Position numbers and translations under genes: made by a program. The notes under the pieces are model-generated. The model searched no databases and was not told where the DNA came from. It worked only from the letters and a program-made list of their open reading frames with translations. A stretch of 64,000 nt of DNA, taken from the NCBI GenBank assembly GCA_002269645.1, contig NIVC01001097.1:295230-359229 (forward strand). The letters run 5' to 3'. Positions 11,878 to 21,883 of the stretch are shown in pieces; the stretch's first letter is position 1, and each line of letters opens with the position of its first letter. Source of the stretch: Macrostomum lignano (Eukaryota).

Positions 11878-14735
11878 TCAGCGTTGCGCAGTCTCCGTCT
11901 GGCTGGTGGTCACCCAGCCGCTGCTGCTGGCGCTGCCGCCCGCTGACAGCTGCGACAGAAGCTCCGCCGTGTTGGCTGCCCGGAGCTGCGAATCCGAGGT
12001 GGCTGCGTGATGACCGCCACCGCCACCAATGCTCCTGAGAATTGTCAAGTGCGCGCAACAGTCACTGCTTGACTGAAGTCTTGCTGCATCCCCAGTGAGT
12101 TCCTGAAGCCCTGCTGCATCCCCAGTGAGTTCCTGAAGCCCTGCTGCATCCCCAGTGAGTTCCTGAAGCCCTGCTGCATCCCCAGTGAGTTCCTGAAGCC
12201 CTGCTGCATCCCCAGTGAGTTCCTGAAGCCCTGCTGCATCCCCAGTGAGTTCCTGAAGCCCTGCTGCATCCCCAGTGAGTTCCTGAAGCCCTGCTGCATC
12301 CCTAGTGAGTTCCTGAAGCCTTGCTGCATCCCCAGGTCTCACCCGGTCCCAGTTGTCCAGTCCGAGGCGCTGGAGCTCCATGTGGACCAGCTGCACCAAT
12401 CAGCACTGAAGTGCAAATTTCATGGCACAAATGGCTTCGCTCAGCACAGAGAATTCTTAGGCTTCCAGATTCCATCTCGCAACTCAGCACTCACCTGTTC
12501 TGCACCTGCGCATTGTGGCCACCTCGGGGCCTCCTTCGCCTTTTTCTCCGCCTCCGACGCCGCTTGCGCCTCCTCCTTGGTCTTCTCTTCTTCCTGCGCG
12601 ACCTCCTCCCCTTCCTTCGCCTCTTCCTCTTCTTGTTCGGCTTGCCTCCTTCCTTGCTCGCTTCCTTGGCCGGCTGTTTGGCCCCCTGCGCCGCCAGCTG
12701 CCGCTTCAAGATGATCCGCTCGAAGGCGCGGCCCATGTCTATGTGCTCGCTGCACATGGGCCGACCGAACTGGTCGATGACGAACTCCCAGCTGAGCAGG
12801 CAGCCGCAGAGGCTGCACATGAAGCACTCCGGATGGCGCAGCGTCGTGTTGCACCGGTCGGTCAGCTGGATGGCCTCGCCGACAATCTGGGTGCCGCAGA
12901 CGGCGCAGGCAGCTGCTTGCGGGTGGTGCGCCGGGCACAGCGGCTGCCGGCGTTCATCGAGAGTGAAGCCGGGCTCGAATTTCAGGACGGCGCCGCAGGC
13001 TGTGACGCTGCAGTACAGGTGGTGAGGGTGGTAGGCCTTGCCGTGCAGCTCGACCTGGGCTTCGGGAGTGACGACAGGATAAATTAGGATGCACGAATGT
13101 GATGCATTTCTATTTTGCACCTTTGCAGTCTGCTAGGGTGCCACTGGTGTCTTTTTGATGCCATTTTTGCATCTTTTTGGGCCATTTCAGTGTCTGTTTG
13201 GGTGTCATTTTGATGGCTGTTTGGGTGTCATTTTGATGGCTGTTTGGGTGTCATTTTGATGGCTGTTTGGGTGTCATTTTGATGGCTGTTTGGGTTTCAT
13301 TTTGATGGCTGTTTGGGTGTCATTTTGATGGCTGTTTGGGTGTCATTTTGATGGCTGTTTGGGTGTCATTTTGATGGCTGTTTGGGTGTCATTTTGATGG
13401 CTGTTTGGGTGTCATTTTGATGGCTGTTTTGGTATTATTTTAATGGCTGTTTGGGTGCCATTTTGATGGCTGTTTGGGTGTCATTTTGATGGCTGTTTGG
13501 GTGCCATTTTGATGGCTGTTTGGGTGTCATTTTGATGGCTGTTTGGGTGCCATTTTGATGGCTGTTTGGGTGCCATTTTGATGGCTGTTTGGGTGCCATT
13601 TTAGTGCCTCATCGCCAGGTGGAACCTGGAAGGAAGCTGGGTGCCAGGGTCGGGAACATATACATGTACATGCGCGCGATGGTGGATTCCATAATCGAGA
13701 GTTTTTCAGGGAAGCTCGCTTAGAGATTTGTTAATAAGCCAGGCAATCTGTGACCAGAGCACGGCCGCACTGTAGCGAGAGTCCGCTGTCAGTTTTGCGT
13801 GACCCGCCCGAGCAGGAACTCCCGGGCCAGGCCATAAAGGCTGAGGGAGACTTGATTAAAATTAATTCATTTGATTGAAGCTTCTATAGCTTCATCAGCC
13901 GCGTAGTCCCTGCAGCTTCCCCGATCACTTCACCAATGAGAAGATTTTGAAAAAATGTTCTGATTGACAAAGCAGCAAGTTGAGGCGAGCTGGATCAGAA
14001 TGTTTAGGAAGTTCCATTGAGGTGCGCTTGCAAAGCCTCACATTCTTGAGCTGCCTCATGATTGACGCTTTTAGCTTTAATGCTCAGCGTGCAAATTTTA
14101 TCGATCGGAGTCTGTGATTGGGTGGCACATCATCTTCCCACGGATTTCCACTGTGGGCTGAGGAGGCTGCCCCAATCTGCCACATGGGTGCCACTCTGGG
14201 CTGAGTCCCAACCCAGGGTAAAGTCTTTCGATCACGAGCCCTCCCAGCGACTTGCCCAGCTCTTCCCGTTGATGATGGGGCCGCCGCAGTGAGCGCAGAT
14301 GGTCAGCACGCGGAAGCAGCGCTGACAGCAGATCCGGTTGCCCAGCCGGAAGGCGCGCAGGCCCAGCATCACCGAGCAGCAGATGCAGCAGCGAAAGCAC
14401 TCAATGTGGCAGGCCATGAGGTCCGTGCGGATAAACTGGTCTCCGGAGATCAAGTCCTTGCAGAAGTGACACCGCGAGCCGCTGTTCAAGGAGCCGAGCC
14501 GGGTGGACGCGATATTGACCCCGGCTGACCCCCAGACGACCATCGCTTGCTGTTGCTGTTGCTGCTGCCGTTGTTGTTGCTGTGGCGGCTGCTGCTGCGG
14601 GATCTGCGGTGGCGGCAGCTGCTGTGGGATCTGCGGAGGCGGCTGCTGCGGGATCTGCGGAGGCGGCAGCTGCTGCTGCATCTGCGGAGGCTGCAACGGT
14701 GGCTGCTGCGGCCAGCCCGCCATAGGCGCGGCCAT
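11878..14735 (-). CDS. Three-LIM-domain protein with Q/P-rich N-terminus and Arg/Lys-rich tail (~419 aa); exons 14735-14256, 13054-12495, 12405-12343, 12034-11878
   Basis: LIM motifs CHFC..HIECFRCCIC..CCQRC, CAHC..HPHHLYCSVTAC..CPAH, CAVC..HPECFMCSLC..CSEH; exons sum to 1260 nt with phases 0/2/2; first intron is GC-AG. Confidence 0.8.
12070..12335. repeat. 30-bp intronic minisatellite (GTGAGTTCCTGAAGCCCTGCTGCATCCCCA)
   Basis: Fills the last LIM-gene intron. Confidence 0.95.
13195..13605. repeat. 23-bp intronic minisatellite (GGCTGTTTGGGTGTCATTTTGAT)
   Basis: Tandem copies in LIM intron 1. Confidence 0.95.
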
Positions 14736-14958
14736 GAGACAGGAGTGCCAAGTTCAGTCAGCGCAATTCCTCCACAGGCCGTCCCGTGTTGCGACAAGAA
14801 AGAAATGACTGATCATGACTGACTGACTGAGCATATGGGGGATCGCATCAGACTTGGCTGAATGCATCAAAACCAGAATCATATAGTAGGAGTCACTCGG
14901 AGCCATAGACGACTGCAATGAAGTGAAACATGCAAAACTTCGAGCAAACAATGGATAA

Positions 14959-15367
14959 ACCAAGGAATTCTAAATCTAGCAACTGGAATGACAACTGAAA
15001 TAGCGGTGAGGACTTTTTTATACAAGATGAGGCTTACTGCGATTGCCACAGACATAGGATTTGTTTGCCGCATCAACTTAGATTGCCACTAAGAAGAATT
15101 AGCTTCGTTCGCCTTATTTTGTCTTAGCCTGTAAGCACTAATATGCCAGAGTGACTTTCCCGAAGCCAAGTCTCTGCAGAAGTTTTGCGCCCTCTGCACG
15201 CCAAATAAATGCGCCGTTTTTGGCTGCAAGTCCGGCAGCGAGTCGGAAACGCGCACGCTTGTTTACGTGTTTACGTCGCACACTTGCGATCTCTAATCTT
15301 GGCCTCATCTTGTAAATAGCTTATATTTCAGTTGTCATTCCAGTTGCTGGATTTAGAATTCCTTGGA
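14959..15367. mobile_element. MITE, possibly PIF/Harbinger type
   Basis: ~42-bp inverted termini CCAAGGAATTCTAAATCTAGCAACTGGAATGACAACTGAAAT (1 mismatch), flanked by TAA on both sides. Confidence 0.7.
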
Positions 15368-16868
15368 TAAGTAATCAGTGGCGAGTGACATTGTTGTCAC
15401 GTGCTGCGACCGCTGATTCTTTGCATTGTTTTGCTGCCTGACGTATGTAGTAGTGCATGAAAATGCGTATATTGATCGTTAAATTGCTAGACAATGCTTT
15501 CAGGAAGTGATTTTCCCGCTGTATTATGCACATTGAGAACTATGTTTTCTCCCATGCTGCGGGCACTCATTTCCTGGAAACCGATCTACACGAACAAGTT
15601 GAGATTACAGCACCTGAGGTCAGCGGAAAGTGGAAGCATTATAATTTCAATGCTCCGCGATCCCCTTGCAGCATCGATTTGAACTCAATTCGCCCCAGAA
15701 CTGCCGACAATTGTGGTAGGACAGTCTGATGATAGAACTTCAGGCTGCTGCTGTGTCCCCAGCCCGCTGACTCAGGGCAAACAATCAATTCCACTCGGCT
15801 GCCCTCCTAGATACGCTAATAAAATTGCTGGGAGCCAAAAACACAGCTGGGGCGGAGTGACCAGTCAATATCGGATATTTGACTTCCAGTTTAGACAGCC
15901 AAATTCCTAACTAAACACAGCAGCCCCGGCCGCGGCTTCCGCTTGGCAACGGCAAAGCTGCGGCGCTGTTATAGCGGCCGAATTGTTTGTTATAGTCCAG
16001 TCGATAGCCGAACAAATTGTTGGAGCCGGTGGCCATTGGTTAATCGATACTCCAGCTTCGTTACGCTCGTATACGTTTCTCGTAGAGATTGTTAATCCAG
16101 TCCCCTCAGAGTTGTCCACCATGTGGGTGCTTCAACAATGGACAATCTCCTATATGGGTTGACTGACGTACATTTTAAATCAATTAGTCGGTTGCTTCAC
16201 CAGAAATTACAGTATATAATTGATCTGAAGTAAAATCCTCGGCGAAATTAAAAAACTCGGCTAGTGCCTCATTATTCAGTACGCTTCGGCCGATCCAAAT
16301 ACGAGTATACCATTTGTTACGCCCATTAAACCGTAAGCCACAAATATGAAATTCTCAATGGATTACTAGACAATGGGGGATTCCATCCGGCAGCGGCGCC
16401 CAGCAGACCTAGGGCGGCCTTCCAATTCATCCGGGCCGTCGGCAGGCCGTGTCCCAGAGAGCCCAGCTGCAACGACAGTGTCCACCAGACCATCATCTTG
16501 CGCCGGCGGTGACGATCCCAACTGCAGGCGGGCCACGTGATCCAGACCAAGAGCTACATGTACATGTAACTGTCCCCCCCAGCCTCTGCAGGATGTCGCT
16601 GCTCAACATTCAAGGGCCATTTACGAGTTGACGGGGCCAGGCGCGACACGGGAACTGCCTGCTGTGTTGGACCTGCCAACACAAACTCTGGTCCGCTCGA
16701 TCGCGCTACAGCGTGCAGTGCCATCTGACGCACTCTCTGACCGCATGACTTTACTTTTAAGGTTGCACCTGTTTTTACTGCGATTTCTATAGACTGCTGA
16801 TAAGGGACAAGTGTCAACGGGTTGCCGACACTGGGGAAATTTTCAGGTTGCTCACAAGACGCTCGTAT

Positions 16869-17365
16869 GTCATTCCCAATAGGTGGCTGATAATAGGTCA
16901 TTCCCAATGGGTGGCTGATAATAGGTCATTCCCAATGGGTGGCTGATAATAGGTCATTTCCAATGGGTGGCTGATAATAGGTCATTTCCAATGGGTGGCT
17001 GATAATAGGTCATTCCCAATAGGTGGCTGATAATAGGTCATTACCGTCATTCCCAATGGGTGGCTGATAATAGGTCATTCCCAATGGGTGGCTGATAAGA
17101 GGTCATTCCCAATGGGTGGCTGATAATAGGTCATTCCCAATGGGTGGCTGATAATAGGTCATTCCCAATGGGTGGCTGATAAGAGGTCATTCCCAATGGG
17201 TGGCTGATAATAGGTCATTCCCAATGGGTGGCTGATAATAGGTCATTTCCAATGGGTGGCTGATAATAGGTCATTCCCAATAGGTGGCTGATAATAGGTC
17301 ATTCCCAATGGGTGGCTGATAATAGGTCATTCCCAATGGGTGGCTGATAAGAGGTCATTCCCAAT
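16869..17365. repeat. 28-bp minisatellite (GTCATTCCCAATGGGTGGCTGATAATAG)
   Basis: Tandem copies. Confidence 0.95.
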
Positions 17366-18228
17366 GAGAGGCCCAATAACCGGACAATCTTAAGGATATG
17401 CCAATCTGGTGGATTCTAAAAAAACACCAAGGTGAAAAAACAGATTACAATTGTAGATCAGAAGGATCTCAACTCGCATCTCAGAACAGAAGCAGCTTGG
17501 CTTGAAGCAGGCAGGTCACTGGAAAAATTTGCAATATTTCAGAACCATTTCCAGTTGCTGAGTGGTTGAGATTAATAATTCAGTAACTGACTGAACGATA
17601 AGAGAAATATCTGGGTCTGTAGGGAGCAGTAAATTTCATTTTTTCAGTTTATAAAATCAATTTCCATGCCATTTTAGAGACAATTTCAAATGAAACAGAG
17701 TTTTAACCCAGTTTTAAACTTTCAAGGTTGTTTCCATTAAAAAGGCTAAATGAAAGTGCTAATTTCATTTATTAAAATCGCTAAATAATTAATAATCCCA
17801 GTTTTACTTTCACACAAACGTCAATAAAGCAGAGCCGCCGCTCCGCAAAAGACAAGCGGGCACAAATAAGAAAAACAAAATTCATCTTTCAGGGCCGTAG
17901 GAAAATTATGGCAGCGGACAGTTATATGGTTTTGGGAAAATAATGAACAGAACAAACAGCAAAATGTCCTAAACATGCTACTTACTGTTAAGTAGTAAGC
18001 GAAAGCCAATACTACTTATCTAACTGGTAGATCTATCAGCCATCAGATCGTAAGAAGGGGGCCGGAAAAGCAGATTAACACGCACTCTGGATTCGAATGC
18101 AAAGTCAGCATCCATGCTCAGCTCTGCTGCTAATCCGGAGAAACTCCAGCAATTCAAGTTGCGATTGCTACCTGCCCAAGATATCTCTTGTGTAATAAAT
18201 AAAAGGGAGTCGCTGAGGGGAGGGCAGC

Positions 18229-19821
18229 TCAGTGCTGCCGATTAAGCAGTCGGTCGATAAGCGAGTGCAGAGCCTCACTGGCCGGCACAGCGGGCAGCTG
18301 GCTGAGCTGCCAGTGGGCCTCGCGGCAGTGCAGCTGGGCCAGCATCCGGGTCTGGCCAACGCCGTCGGCGCGGGCCACGCTGTCCAGAGCCAGCTGGAGG
18401 TCACCTGGACGGGAGAGCCGGCGGGCAACGGCGGCCCGCAGTTGCGGACAGGTCTGCATGGCGAACAGCACCGGCCCAGTGAGGACGCCGCGGCGCAGGT
18501 CGGCAGCACCAGCCGGCTTGCCCAGCTGGCCGTCAGAGGCCTCAAAATCTAGCAAGTCGTCAACCTGCGGGTCCGAGTAGGGTTGACGGGGAGAGCGACA
18601 GGGTCAGCTGGGCCGGGCTTTTAGACTTTCGAAAGCAGATTTTGATATTAAAAACGTCTTGAGAAGTTGGCATCAGTCTGGTAGGTGGTAGATACAGCGG
18701 AGTCTTCATCTGGACTCGAGAGTGGTGCATGAATTCATCATCTGGCATCAATATGTGGAATGGAACAGTGAGATGTTGCTGTGCTTCAGCAATATACCGG
18801 TATTCCCCGACGGGACTACTCAGCTATTAGTGGTAAAGAAAGCATTTTCTGAATCTTGGAAATCTCTCAGACGCTCACCAGCTGGAACGCCATGCCGATG
18901 CTGCGTCCGAGTTCGAATGCGGCTGCCGCGGTAGCCGGACTGGAGCCTGGCGCCAGAACTGCGGCGCACTTGGCCGAGTGCGCCAGCAGCGCGGCGGTCT
19001 TCCTATAAGTCCTGGCCAGGTAGCGGCTGAGGTCGCCGGTCTCGCCAAGCTGGTCGAGCTCGCCGCGCACCAGGTCGCTGATGGCTGTGGCCATGCCGCG
19101 GACAACCAGCGGGTGGCCAGTGCCGGCCAGCAGCTGAGAGGCCACGCCAATCATGTGATCGCCGGCCAGGACAGCGTCGCGATGGCCGAATCGGCTCTGC
19201 ACGGAGGCGGCGCCGCGGCGCAGGTCGGAGCCGTCGATGAGATCGTCGTGGATCAGCGAGGCGGAGTGGATCATCTCTGTCACTATGGCGACGGTGCGCT
19301 GCCGCTGGCAGGCCGGCGGACCGGCATTGCAGACGTGCGACACCAGCAGGACAAGCAAGGGCCTAACCAGCTTCCCGGGCGCGTCCAGATGGTGCCGCAT
19401 CATTAGGCTGAGTTTATCGGGCGCCGAATCGGGCGTCAGGTGAGTCCGCATGTCGGCCGCCAGGGTCGCCGTCTCGGCTTGGAGCTCCGAGAGCAGCCGC
19501 TCCGACTCGGGCGTAGGCGGCGTTGAGGATGAAGCGTCTTGGGCGCCGATGGCGGTCGCGCTGACGCGGGCGCGAACCGGCGCGCCAAAGCAGAAGCGGC
19601 GAGCGCAAGCGGCGCAGACGCGAAGCCTGCGTCAGGAAATGGAATTCAAACCGAATGAAAATAAATGCGGTGAAAATTGTACCAAGACTCGAGTGGCCAG
19701 GCATTGTCAGTGGGTAAAGCTTGACCTCACAATGGGTCGGAATAGCGTATATTTTAGCATCATAAAATATAATATTCAGAGTGCAATAAATCATATTATT
19801 GAGAACTCACCGAGAGTACAT
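18229..19821 (-). CDS. PDSS1: All-trans-polyprenyl (decaprenyl) diphosphate synthase subunit 1; exons 19821-19811, 19626-18879, 18564-18229 (364 aa)
   Basis: GKLVRP, EMIHSASLIHDDLID..RRG, LAGD, YRKTAALL, GMAFQL|VDDLLDF (both DDxxD motifs intact); Arg/Ala-rich transit-like N-terminus MYSRLRVCAACARRF; exons sum to 1095 nt. Confidence 0.9.
18668..18746 (-). ncRNA. C/D-box snoRNA, copy 1 (PDSS1 last intron)
   Basis: Minus strand: TGATGA attCATGCACCACT CTCGA gtccag ATGAAGA ..ATCTACCACCTACCAGA CTGA; box D is ~108 nt upstream of the acceptor. Confidence 0.8.
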
Positions 19822-19969
19822 GTGGATACTACTGGTAGCTCTCTTGAACACAGGCAGAAAATCGAAGGCCTAATCGCGGTGCTCAGCTGAAGCAGAGAAA
19901 AATAAAATATAGTTTTTATAATAGAGAAAAAGAACAAATTTTCTAAGTAAAAAATGTTTGACTGCAAGT

Positions 19970-20045
19970 TGCATCAGACTGGTAGGTGGTAGATATACCG
20001 TCCTCATTATTCAATAGGAGTGGTGCATGATTTATCATCACATGA
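19970..20045 (-). ncRNA. C/D-box snoRNA, copy 2 (PDSS1 5'-UTR intron 19887-20100)
   Basis: GTGATGA taaatCATGCACCACT CCTA..ATGAGGA ..ATCTACCACCTACCAGT CTGA. Confidence 0.75.
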
Positions 20046-20100
20046 ATCATAGCACAGGCCTAGGCCTTAGCCTAACAGAAATGAAATGATTGGAACTCAC

Positions 20101-20158
20101 ATCAAATTGATCTGGCCATAGCCATCCGAGACCTGCCTTTTGATGACGACGATGGAGG
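20101..20158 (-). other. Putative non-coding 5'-UTR exon of PDSS1
   Basis: TTGTCTTGCAG acceptor and GTGAGT donor between snoRNA copies 2 and 3; contains a 7-codon uORF. Confidence 0.55.
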
Positions 20159-20244
20159 CTGCAAGACAAATTGTTGTTTAAAAAGTATTAGCAAACAAAT
20201 CTAACACAATCCTATAATCCAAAAGTCAGATATTATACAATAAA

Positions 20245-20320
20245 TAGCTCAGTCTGGTAGGTGGTAGATCAAAGGAGTCTTCATGTTAACTCGAGAGTGG
20301 TGCATGAATTCATCATTTAG
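20245..20320 (-). ncRNA. C/D-box snoRNA, copy 3 (upstream PDSS1 intron)
   Basis: ATGATGA attCATGCACCACT CTCGA gttaac ATGAAGA ..ATCTACCACCTACCAGA CTGA; ~88 nt upstream of the acceptor at 20159. Confidence 0.78.
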
Positions 20321-21314
20321 ACAAGTAACACGCAAGGCAATATACAATATTCTTACAAAAAGTTAAATAATGATTTTAAGACCATAATAGATAGACTCAG
20401 AATGAAGTTCTGCTTCGCTAATTTTAACACGAGCTCGCATACATAGGTCGTGGCAGAAGATACAAGAATGTTTGTCGCACTTACTAAACAAGCTGCATTG
20501 CTGCGGCAGAAAGTTGGGACTGCAAAACTGCGAGCAAAAAAACCTTGGCCGCAGCAAAACTGATTCAGCGCCAGTTCACACACAACACGCAAGAACTCGC
20601 ATAGAGCACGGCCTTCGTGTTTTATAAGAGTTGGCTGAATAATATGTGGGGTTTGACGGGGCTTGAGTTTGCGGGGTATGGGGGGAGGCCCGCGTGGGGT
20701 GTGCGTACATTGTATGGAAAAAATCGATAACAGTTTAGGCCTTGGGGTGAACGGGGTTACACAGTAAAGGGGGTACACAGTGAAGGGGGGCAATGTCCAT
20801 ATATGGAAAGAAAGAAGACCGGCCCATTCCACCAATAGGCAATAAAGACCGACACTATCCTTCCTGGCTTTTAGCACACTTAATGCAACGCCCCAACCCC
20901 AAGCCAGACAACTAAAGCTTGGCCTGTCCCGGGTGGCCCCTAGGGAATACAAAATTCCGTTTTGGCAATCCCAGGTTTGAAAAAGTTTTTTCCGGGGACC
21001 CCGGGGAAAAAGTCGAAAATTCTCAGTCTCCCCCACCTTTTAAAAGTCCGGGGAATTGGCACTACCTTTGATGGTGCAATTTTGGGTTACAAAGTCATCT
21101 AATTTGATTATAAAGGCACACTATATTTTACATATGGAGTGTGTGACGATCGTACGGGCTGGTACAATAGACGTGCTTTTTTACTCATGTATAAGCTCAT
21201 CAAAATTGGAACATCACGCACACTTGATTGTGATGTAAATTGGGGAATGATAAGGCTCTTACAGAGCTATGGCCTGACACGAGGTACTGATACCAGGGTA
21301 GAAGGAAGGGGATC

Positions 21315-21530
21315 AGGCCTCACCCTCCCGAGGCACCCGCCCTAGATGTAAAATAATTGGTAGCTTGGGTTGTGGGCGGTCCGATGCACAGATACTATAA
21401 ACACTATCTAGTATCTATTATAGTATCTGTGGTCCGATGGCAAGGTCAAGGTCCCACTGTTCTAATCTCAACTATAGCCAAGGAGTTTTGAAGGCAGGGA
21501 CTGCTTAAAGTAGGTAAATACCTTTACGAC
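21315..21530. repeat. Dispersed repeat; diverged copy at ~22560-22715
   Basis: Shared block GTCCCACTGTTCTAATCYCAACTATAGCCAAGGA..TTGAAGG.AGGGACT.CTTAAAGTAG and upstream similarity. Confidence 0.8.
21387..21431. mobile_element. 45-bp miniature inverted-repeat element with 8-bp TSD
   Basis: TIR CACAGATACTATAA/TTATAGTATCTGTG; TSD GTCCGATG at 21379-21386 and 21432-21439. Confidence 0.8.
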
Positions 21531-21720
21531 CTGCTAACAGCTTCTGTTTTGTATCCCTGCAGGCTGCAGCCCTATAGCCTTCTACGAGTACTCAGTAGAC
21601 TGCACTGCTTGCTTAGAATATTAAGAAATCAAAGTAGGACAACTGGGTTATGATTTTTACTCGACAAGTATCTCAGCTGCAGATACTATACTACACCTTT
21701 TCACGTTCAATTTTGATCGA

Positions 21721-21883
21721 AGTCCAGTTCTAAAAAAACTAGCGGAAATTCAATTCAGACTGAGGATAATTTTGTCTATGGCTAAACCTTACTTCGGTTA
21801 GAATGTTTTGAGCTGGGGTTAGACTGGGCCCAAGTCTAAATTGGCTGAATTGAATTTCTGCTAGTTTTTTTATAACTGGACTA
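21721..21883. mobile_element. Small MITE-like inverted-repeat element
   Basis: AGTCCAGTTCTAAAAAAACTAGCGGAAATTCAATTCAG is inverted at 21845-21883. Confidence 0.55.

Noticed and set aside
20353-21036. 227-aa minus-strand ORF upstream of PDSS1
   Set aside because: No recognisable domain, AT-rich codon usage unlike host exons, TTG start.
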